Source: Chrysomallon squamiferum
Lineage: Eukaryota > Animalia > Mollusca
Assembly (NCBI GenBank): GCA_012295275.1
Contig: CM022669.1
Location: 9,734,001-9,798,000, forward strand
Direction: 5' to 3'
DNA length: 64,000 bases
Shown: positions 39,747 through 64,000 of the stretch, one piece after another
How the letters are laid out: the number at the start of each line of letters is the position of its first letter
Numbering within the stretch: the stretch's first letter is position 1
Translations under genes and position numbers: made by a program
The notes under the pieces: model-generated
Database searches by the model: none
What the model was told of the DNA's origin: nothing
Seen by the model: only the letters and a program-made list of their open reading frames with translations

Positions 39747-41670
39747 TTGTATATATGTTTTTGTACATGTATATATACATTGTTGTGTGTATGTATGTAT
39801 ATAGCAGTGAAAATTCTCTATCTTATGTGCTTCTGATTATACACATAGACAAACTGACACAGGAGAACGAAGTCCGCTGACGAGACTCGAAGATACAGAA
39901 TGGCCCCTTATATGCTTAGATAACTGCACGCTGGGCTCTGATTTTGTATTGATAAAATGAAAATGATATTTTAGATTACAAAGCAGACAGTTTTGAGATT
40001 TTCAGTGACTACATTAATGTGTTGCCCAGTTAATAATAAAGTCGCTTTAAGAACTTAACAACTGAGGTATACATTAGAACTTTTTTTTATTCTCCTCGTT
40101 GTTTGTCGAGGTAGAATCCAATCTGTATTTCTGTCTTGATGTGGATAAATAAGACTTTGCAGTATATTAGTACATTAGATGGATAAATTACTCTGAGCAC
40201 AACTCTAATCTCCGCGGTGGGTCTGGTAAAGTACATGTATATTGGAAATTCAATAAATAAATATTAAGAATATATTTATCAGCTTGAGCATATTGATTTT
40301 TCAAAAACTTACGCAGTTCCGAAATACATATGTTTGCTTATTGGCAATTCAGTAATAATATTTCTCAGGTTGTTTGTAGATCTTTGAATAAATATGCACA
40401 ATTGTGTACATGACTTGCACAACCTTGTTTCAATCTAATATGTTTGTTCGGGTTTGTTTAAAAGACAGGGGCGATGGATACAGAGATATGAAACGATATA
40501 TAAAAATGATGTAGAAAGAAAGCCTGAATACAAATGTAAAATGTATGTGTAAGTGTGCGTATGTGTCTGAGGATGGATGGATGGATGATTGGATGGATGG
40601 ATAGATATATGAATACGTTGTATGTTTGTATTAATATATATGCGTATATGTATATATGTATTTAAAAATGTGTGTATATAATTATAGTTACATCCATCCA
40701 TCCATCCATCCATCATTATGAGAATGAATTATTCCTTTTGAATATATTTCAAAACTGATGAACGGATGGATGGATTGATGAATATTTGTTGGTAATTTGC
40801 TAAATAATTAATTTAAGTATATATATATATATATATTAAATGTATATATATATTAAATGGTATCTTATTTTTGTTTCTGTATTTATAATATTTCTCATTA
40901 TTTGCATAAAACGGCTCTTAATGACAATCACACAAATTTCATTTCCAAATCATCAATATTTATAATGTCTACGAGATCCTGAAAGCCAAAGCTGCCATCT
41001 CTGGCATGAAACAAAAGGTGTAGCTTAGTGGAGTACTGAATCCTCAAGAAGGACGGAAATTGCCGAAATATTCACTGATGTGTCGACTGATGTGATAGGT
41101 CCTTCTGTGTCAGCGCACTGAATCAACTAATGGAAATCGAGGACTCCCTAACGTGCAATTGCCGACTTTCTGTTTTCTCTTTAAATACTCGACGGACTTT
41201 TTAATCCCTTCTGAAGACTTCGACTTGTCTCATGGACTCCAGGATCATATCTATCTCAAACCATAGGGAAATTATACTATGATTGTATATCCAGTGTAGA
41301 TAATATCTCCGTGGTGTGGAAGATGAAACAGATGTTTAACTTCAGAGCGAGGGCTGATCATCACATAGACAGTGAATCACATAGACCCTAGCTAGCGATC
41401 TAGAGCTCAGTTAAAATTAAATTAAAACATTTTCAAACATTCTGGAGTTTTCGTTTGAACTTGAATCTAGTAATTAAGGAAGTAATAGGTGAATAAAATA
41501 ATGAATAATGAAATAAAAAATGCTAAAAAGCTTCATTTGCTTTCAAAACTGTTCCAACGCAAATCTATCAATTTTATTCTTATTACCGTACAAACGAATG
41601 GAAAATATTTTTTTCTTCAGATTTTAAGCATTTATTATTATTATATTTGTTAAATAGTGATTGTAATAAA

Positions 41671-41732
<62 letters not shown>

Positions 41733-42075
41733 CAGTGATAATGATAATGATAATAATAATTATAATTGAACTCATTTATTTTTATTATAATGTTTTTGTT
41801 TTAAATTTTAAATAACAAGAACAATAAAAAAAAAAATAAAATAAAAAATAAAATAAAAAAATAAAATAAAATAAAATAAAATAAATATTCTTGTGTTCGC
41901 AATCAAAGCCAGATCTTACTAATAAAGTCATGTCATGTATATAACAAACATCGACACTGTACTATTGAATCTGTAAATAATAATTCTATACATACACACG
42001 AGATACAAAATGTTAAAAGTATATGTGACAAGTGCATTAAATTTTATAATTTTGATAATTTTATAATGTTACAAT

Positions 42076-42321
42076 TTAACCGCCGACGCAAAGGGTAACG
42101 CAGTCTCCTTTTGTATCAAATCTATTTTCATTTCCTCCACACCCGCGGAACGGCATGTTGAAGCATTTATCAAAATATATGTCATAGAACCACTTCGTGA
42201 AAGGGAAGTCGTAAGTATCATCTCCAGGACACAGGTACCCGTGATGTATTGGCAACAGACATCGGCCTGAGCAGAAAATACACATTAATAAGTCATAATA
42301 TGTGTGTGCATATTCAATTAA

Positions 42322-42353
<32 letters not shown>

Positions 42354-42442
42354 ATGTGTGTGTGTATGTATGTGTATGTATGTGTATGTATGTATGTATG
42401 TTTGTATGTATGTATGTCTGTATTACCGATTATGTCAAATAT

Positions 42443-42537
<95 letters not shown>

Positions 42538-42837
42538 CCTCCCTCCCTCCCTCTCTCTCTCTCCCTCTCCCTCCCTCCCTCCCTCCCTCTCTCTCTCTCT
42601 CACATATATATATATATATTATAGTATGTGTATTCGTATCCTAAAATCTAAATATTTCTATTATTCTAATAGTAAATATTTTAAACAGTTTAGCATTTTA
42701 TGTTTCTCTATGTTATTTTATTTTTATTAGTATTTATTGCTGTAGTGCCAGAAAAGCGTTAAAATAACATACTCACTAACAGATGAAACTCTCAATGCTA
42801 CTATCAAAGAGAATAGAAAGAAACACAGAGACTTCAT
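42076..42837 (-). CDS. Secreted single-domain Kunitz/BPTI-type peptide, 83 aa
   Basis: Coding exons 42837-42777 (signal peptide MKSLCFFLFSLIVALRVSSV, donor GTGAGT) and 42266-42076 (phase-1 join). Six Cys, with the Kunitz signature GCGGNENRFDT..C...C. Confidence 0.9.
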
Positions 42838-43404
42838 AATGTATCTGAAATATACATATAAACAGCAGTAGCAGCTGCAGCAACAGCAGCAGCAACAACA
42901 ACAACGACAATAATAAAGAATTAATATTTAAATGGCAATAACCTTTTAAGTTCCTAATAGTATTTATTTATTTATTTATTTATTTTATTTTATTTTATTT
43001 TATTTTATTTTATTTTATTTTTTTAACATGTCACCTACAGTTAAATGGTAATTATAATTCAAACCTGCATCTGCTTTCGGAAGACTGACTAAATTTATAG
43101 TCGGCTGTTCGTGTTGTTTCAACAAAAAAAAAAATCTTTATCATTAAGTTTTTAAAGCTAATTCATTGTGTTTACTTCATTTGTTGCAATAATTAAAAAA
43201 AAATTGTTGAAATAAATTCAATTATATATAAGAAATAACAGTCTGAAAAGTTACAAGTAGTGTAAACAAAGACGTGACGTATAATTATTGTGAACATCAG
43301 GGGAGATAAATAGGATAGACTTGTTTTATTATTTCAGTGAATTTTGCTGACGTATACAATCAAATTTGCAGCTAATTTTTTTTTTTTTTTTAAATTACCC
43401 TTTC

Positions 43405-43455
<51 letters not shown>

Positions 43456-43730
43456 TGTAACTACCTAAGCAGTGGATAACATATTAATTTTGGGATTCGA
43501 TTCTGTTACTTTTTCCTTTTATTCAAATAACCTCAAATCCCCACTGCAGAGATAACTTTGACAAGTTAGACTGAAGAAATAAAAGCCATTCTGTAGAGAA
43601 AATATACAAATGTGTTAATTAATAACAGTTCAATTTTATATAATTAATGGCGCAGGCAAGAAAGGAAAACATTTTTAGAAACAAAACAAAAAATGAACCA
43701 TTTTTTTCTTTGAATTTGATTGAATGTTTT

Positions 43731-43771
<41 letters not shown>

Positions 43772-45171
43772 ACCAGAGAGAAAAAACACCAGGAATAACA
43801 AAACGAATTTTGTAAAAAAAAAAAAAAAAAAAAATTAAAATGTAGAAGTAAACAACAGAAAATGATATTAACCTATCTCTGGCGGGGAACTAGCTATATC
43901 AATACATATTTATTTTCAAATCCGCGGAATGGGCTGCATTATTTTATTGATTAAATGTTTTTTCTCTATTCTTGTAATGCATTTCAGTCCACTATTTTAT
44001 ACTCAGCTTGATGTATGGCTGTTTTCTCGTTACTTTCCAATATCTGTTGTTCAAGGTGAAAACAAAAATAAATCTTTTATATCAGCGATTTCTCATTAGT
44101 AAAAGGCATTACAGTATTTTATGTATTTAGGGGATACATATACTGTATATACTCTGATGATTGGTTTATCGTGTAGACTCGGACGCAAGTTATGACGTCA
44201 GTAATGGTAACGTTATTTTGTGAAAAAAAACAAAAAAAAAACACTATTATTTATTTTTATTTCGATTGAGATTAAAAGAATAAATGGACGAATTTTAGAA
44301 ATGAATTTCAGAAGTGAAGAATTCTACACTAAAATTATATAAAAGAGAATTTTTTAGTTCGTTGATAATTGAAACATAAAAGCATCGAGACTTATCAATT
44401 CCATTGACAGTCAATTTATTAAAAGAAATCATGTGGAACTTATATAAAAAAAAAAAGTAACAACAAAAATTTATAAAAATGAAAGAAGCAACACCATAAA
44501 CAAATATGTACATTTATTTATTGTCATTTCATTTTTATCGAATGATTTTGTTTAAAATAAAAATTGTACATACATGAATATACAAATATTTTTCGAACTA
44601 AATTTGATTGTATATATATATTTTTAATACTATCATTTTAAACGTTTTCTTGTTGAAAATTAATGTCCTTTTCTAAAGATTATAAAACATCTGATGTAAT
44701 CTAGAATACAGATCGAGAAGATAATAATAATATTTAATGTGATATGCCTTCGTGTTTCCGCAACATTTAATTTCCGTTTTCATAGCTCTTTTTTTTCTTC
44801 TTCTTCTTCTTCTTCTTTTTACGTCTTCTTTTTAATCTTCATTGGATTTCTCCTACTTTGAATATCAGTGTTGATGAATTAATGTTACATAGATTTTAGG
44901 GTGAATATTTTGTTTGTTTGCTTCTTTTTCTTCTTCTCCATCATCATCATCATCATCATCATCAACGGTGCTTGTTTTTTTCTTTTTTGATATTCTATTT
45001 TCTTTCTCTGTCACTTTACAAATTATTGTTATCAGTATTCAAGTTACTAATATTTCATCTGATTTTGCATTTGCATATTTTATTTTAATTCGCATTAATA
45101 AAATTTATATTTTTTATTAATTACTTATTTTACTTTAACTAAAAACTGGTATTACAAATTTCACTCTTTTG

Positions 45172-45232
<61 letters not shown>

Positions 45233-45770
45233 TATTCTCATTTATTTCTTTATTTCTTTATTTCTTTCATTATTTATTTATTTATTATTATTATTATTTT
45301 TTTTTTTTTTGTCCTACGATGAAAATCACACATAGGTCTATTACTGATATCATTATCATTATTAATATTATTTGTTTTACTTCATTACACTTTCGTACAA
45401 ACATAAGACTAACTTAAAAATGTGACAGTTTTTAACCGTTTGAATTGTTTGCGACTTTAAACCAATATAAAATATTTTCATCTTAGTATGAACTATTACC
45501 ATGTTCACATAAATATTTCCTTTACATTTAACATGAATTATTTACCCAAATTGTTCTTTACACAAATTATTCATAAAATAACTAATTATTAACATAATGT
45601 ATTTCTATATTGTCATAAATTATTTTCATATTTACATAAATGGTCACACGTTCACATAAATAATTAACATAAAATAAAACACAAATTTTTCACAAAATCA
45701 CAGAACATCATTTTCTTGATGTTAAAATTGATAATTAACAAAGATAAATCTAAATCTAAATCTAAATCTA

Positions 45771-45879
<109 letters not shown>

Positions 45880-45882
45880 GTA

Positions 45883-45915
<33 letters not shown>

Positions 45916-46139
45916 ACAACAGTAGTAGAATCGTCAGTTTTTTCTTCTAAAAAAGAACATTTCATAAGATATTATGCATACCTTTCCATCCTGACTTAAT
46001 AATTTAAATACAGAATGAACAATACTTGTCTGTCAGTGTTCTCAAATCACGTTTGTTCAAGAACATCACCAGAAGAAAGGTTTTAAAGGAATGAAAATAA
46101 AGGAAATTGTTACAAAACGAATCTTCAATAAGATGATTC

Positions 46140-46560
46140 AATCTTCAACAACGACAACGTCACTCCCAGTGATTCACAGCCTCGTCTCTTGTCAGCATCA
46201 TTTACTACATCAAAATAAATAGTCAAGGCAGCACATACCACAGTTTTTGTGCATTCTGGATATTAAACGAATCTTCATCGTAACAGTCCACACTTCAGTC
46301 TCAGCATAATGTAACATTGTGAGCTAGTCTGTCAGAATAAACAGACAGAACAGCACGTACCATGCTTTTTGTATATTCTATGTAATAAACAAAACTTCAG
46401 AATACCTGTATAGTTTTCAACAACGACAGAACTACTCCCAGTAAACTCGTTCTCGCGGCAGAATGAAACAGACTGTCTGTATAAAAATATATATAACAGA
46501 AACAAGACTTTGTTTTATGTATTCTGGTTATTAGAGGAGTCTTCAGTATAACAATTCAGC
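46140..46560. repeat. Decayed ~270-bp local tandem duplication
   Basis: TTCAACAACGACA....ACTCCCAGT at ~46144 and ~46416; TG.ATTCTGG.TATTA..GA.TCTTCA at ~46250 and ~46518. Confidence 0.55.
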
Positions 46561-46649
46561 CTTTATGTTTTTATTTGCCTATTTTAAAAATTTACATTTG
46601 GTTGTTATCATATGTCATTTTGTTAGGTCTGGGTTTTATTTTTATTTGT

Positions 46650-46706
<57 letters not shown>

Positions 46707-47329
46707 AATCAAGTTTACATGCAAACCGAAAAATTGAATCGATTTTGTGAAAATCTATAAAATAAATAAAATAAAATAAAAATAAATAAAATAAAATTAA
46801 AAACAGGACAAGAACGTCTTTGATAAACTACCTATGGGGCATTGGTTGGAACGGAAAACTGTGCAATGGTCATTAACCATTTGCTTTCGCTAACTCAAAA
46901 TTAATATTTAATCAGTGATTTTTTTTAAACACTTAATGACTGTTTCTATCATAAATTTAATTAATATGTCTCAATAGATAACAAAACATTTACTCATAAT
47001 CCTCCAATATTATGCTTAATTGATTTTATGCTGAATCTAAAGCTGTTTTAAAGTGAATAATATGCGTACAGATTTGCACTGTTTTGGAAGCATTTGACTT
47101 CCAAATTAATTTCTACATATTTTTTTAAAAAAAAAAAAAAACCCTAAAAAATAACACACTGGAAAAATCAGATTATTTGTGTTGGAAAACACAGAAGACA
47201 CTTAAATGTATGTCTCTACTTCTGCTGGTTGCAAACAAGTATCAATACGTTGATTCTGAACTACAATACTGTACTACTGTATAATTGTACATATATATGC
47301 TTTGTCTAAAACAAGGATTTATATTTCAG

Positions 47330-47970
47330 TAATATTAATACTGTACAGCGTATCCTTATCATGCAGTACTTCAGTTACTGGAAAAGAAGATACACAGATT
47401 TTGATAATTAGCATTCTTACAGCTTTTACAGGATGATAAAACAAAAACGTAACCCGCGCTATTTAACGTTTCACAAGATAATCTCACTCATTATTAAACG
47501 CTATACATCTTATCGATATCACGAATTTATAGTTCTGTAAAATATATACGTATTATATGATTACATAATTTTTTAACGCTGCACAGCTTATCCATTTCAC
47601 ATACTGATAGCCCATCAAAACATGTACGTATTACATATTATTTAACGCTGTACAGCTTATCGATATCATGTATTTATAGTCCAGTAAAATGTATACGTAT
47701 TACAGCTTATCATTTCACATATCGATAGCCCATCAAAACATGTACGTATTACATATTATTTTAAAGTGTACAGCTTATCGATTTCACGTATTTATAAACC
47801 AGTATAACAGAGAGTCATCATTTATTACTTAATACTGTACATTTAGTCCGGTAAACGTACAAATTGTTATTTAACACTGTCAAATGTATCCATATCACGA
47901 ATTTCTAGTCTGGTAAAGCAGACACACATGTCATTTAACATTTCTCAGTTTATCGTACTAACATATAAAC
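47330..47970. repeat. Degenerate ~55-80 bp minisatellite with alternating A/B units, downstream of the Hv stop codon
   Basis: Repeated TTTAACGCTGTACAGCTTATC.AT.TCAC core. B units (GATAGCCCATCAAAACATGTACGTATTACATAT) at ~47606 and ~47724 alternate with A units (ATTTATAGT.C.GTAAAAT.TATACGTATTA). Confidence 0.8.
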
Positions 47971-48291
47971 CATTTACTTTCACATATCTCCCCCCAAAAA
48001 GTAGAGTTACATCGTATTGTTTCACGTTACACAAAACCAAAAATAAACCACAAAATATTTACACTCCTGATACAGATACTGTGTTTTCCCACATAAACAT
48101 TTCAAATCATAAAAGTCATCCACAGTCGTCCGTTATTGTTTGTTGCCAGGATACGTTCTGGAGAATTCTTTATCATGCTTTTCCATGTCTATCATCGCAA
48201 GCTGGAGTTTTGTCTTGGGTTTCCATCATGGAGGGCACGAAAGCTCACCAGTTATTGTTGTGTGTTTTCCTCAGAATTAAATGTAACTGGG

Positions 48292-62248
<13,957 letters not shown>

Positions 62249-63184
62249 TATCTGTTTAACTGTTGGCATCAACGACGTCAACTCTGTGGTTAACGTCAGA
62301 CACAGACAGCAATCACTGCGCGCTTCGAACGTGTCGCTGTTGTTGCTGTTGTTGACAACGATGGCGATGGCAGTAATGGTGAGAGTATAATCACGTTTAT
62401 TTTGTAAACAACTGTATTTTCAGGGACGGCAAATTTGTTTTTTACAACTGACTGAATGTTCGACGTACTGGCAAATCACAAACCGATATTTATCACATGG
62501 AAACAAACTCCAGCATTATCCCTCGGTGATTAAAACGACAGCAGCAGTATCGACATAAGACATATTTCCAAATTTTAAAATAACCTTCGGTGTGTATGGC
62601 TACAGCAGCAACAGCCACGGAAACAGTGACGTCAAGCTTTTCACGTAGAATTCATTCTCTTCGTTTCTTTTCTTTGATTTGTTCTTTTCTTAATAGGTCC
62701 CTTTTTATATTTTATTTCTATTTTTCTATTTTTTTTTAATTTTTTTTTTAATAGAAGAACAACTGAACACTTTTACAAGAGCACACAAGAAATAATATTT
62801 TCTCCTCTCCTTATTCGTTGAAAATGTGAGACAGGAAGAACGAAGAAGAAAAAAAAAAAAAAAAAAAAAAAAGAAAGAAAAGCAGTTGTAATCACCTTAG
62901 TTTTGTGGTTGCATCTTGTAATAGATTGCTGCAATTTTGATATTTTCCTGACGCCTACTGTTCTGTATCGGAGATCTCACAAAGATAAAATACTGTTATT
63001 CCGCGTCCTTAGACACACGTAGGTCACCAGTCTAACCCGTCACCCACGTACAAACACACAACGTGGTTCCAGGCGGCGGAGGTGTTGTGAAATATCAGTG
63101 TATTCTCCCGTAACAGCTACACAGCTAAAATAGTTTATGTAAAAAAAGTTATTATTATTATTACTATTACTATTACTGTTGTTG

Positions 63185-63341
<157 letters not shown>

Positions 63342-64000
63342 CATTATTATTATTATTATTAACTGATCCAAAAAATTATTAATGATGTCGGTTGAAGTAT
63401 TTCGCATGTAAAGAGATAGGCATCTGAATTAATTTTAACTTACAATTTCAAACACATAATTAAATAAATGAACTGTTTACTTCTGATTCTGAAAAACTAA
63501 GCAATATTTTTCCTACATCGAGAACCTATTCTCAAACAGATTTTGTACTTATCTATCATTTTATTTAAAAAGACAAAATATGCATTATTTATTATACTAC
63601 TAATAATTACATTTGACATAAAACATAACGAGATATCTACCTGAAATTTGCAAGTACATCGTCTGCTATAAACTGTCGTCTGCGCGCCAGATTATCAGAC
63701 ACACCACAGGAGGCCAGACGAGAGAATAAAAAAAGAATCAAATTTATCGATATTCAACCATCAGAATAAAATAAAATCCTTCGTGTTTTGTGTCGTTACA
63801 CTCGGGTCTCCGGGCATCACGATTTCTGTCCAAGAATGTTAGAAAAAGGAAGCAGCTAGAATTACGGGCCGCATTAAGACGTAAGCGCGACTAATGACAG
63901 ATAGAGTTTTAGCACGCTGGACAATAATACCGCTGAAATGAAATGCTGTGTAGGGAAGATACCGCGGGCTTTACGCAGACGACAGAAGCAGAATCGGTCG

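Noticed and set aside
41042-41075. CCTCAAGAAGG..CCGAAATATTC resembles the minimal hammerhead motif of Penelope-like elements
   Set aside because: The core reads CTCAAGA rather than CTGANGA, and stem I does not pair. At most it is a decayed relic within a GC-richer patch (40960-41410) that I cannot classify.

Overview
AT-rich, microsatellite-dense eukaryotic DNA with GT-AG introns. An invertebrate, probably a mollusc, is my inference from gene content and repeat style. All eight protein-coding genes I can support lie on the minus strand: (1) the 5' six coding exons of an SLC27/FATP very-long-chain acyl-CoA synthetase, running off the left edge; (2) a ~923-aa C2H2 zinc-finger gene with 12 fingers and two unexplained CxxC-x25-CxxC modules; (3-6) four LicD/fukutin-family type II membrane nucleotidyltransferase genes with intronless coding regions, two carrying single-base frameshifts in short homopolymers and two belonging to a diverged segmental duplication with an apparent gene-conversion tract; (7) a secreted single-domain Kunitz peptide with an atypical reactive loop; (8) a complete 7-exon voltage-gated proton channel (Hv, 299 aa) with a ~70-aa His-rich S1-S2 loop. 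Also present are an intact 397-bp hAT-type MITE with a perfect 8-bp TSD, several minisatellites, and a CpG-depletion boundary near 12 kb. Most short ORFs in the supplied track are microsatellite artefacts. Exon coordinates were derived by hand and checked for frame continuity. No database searches were run.
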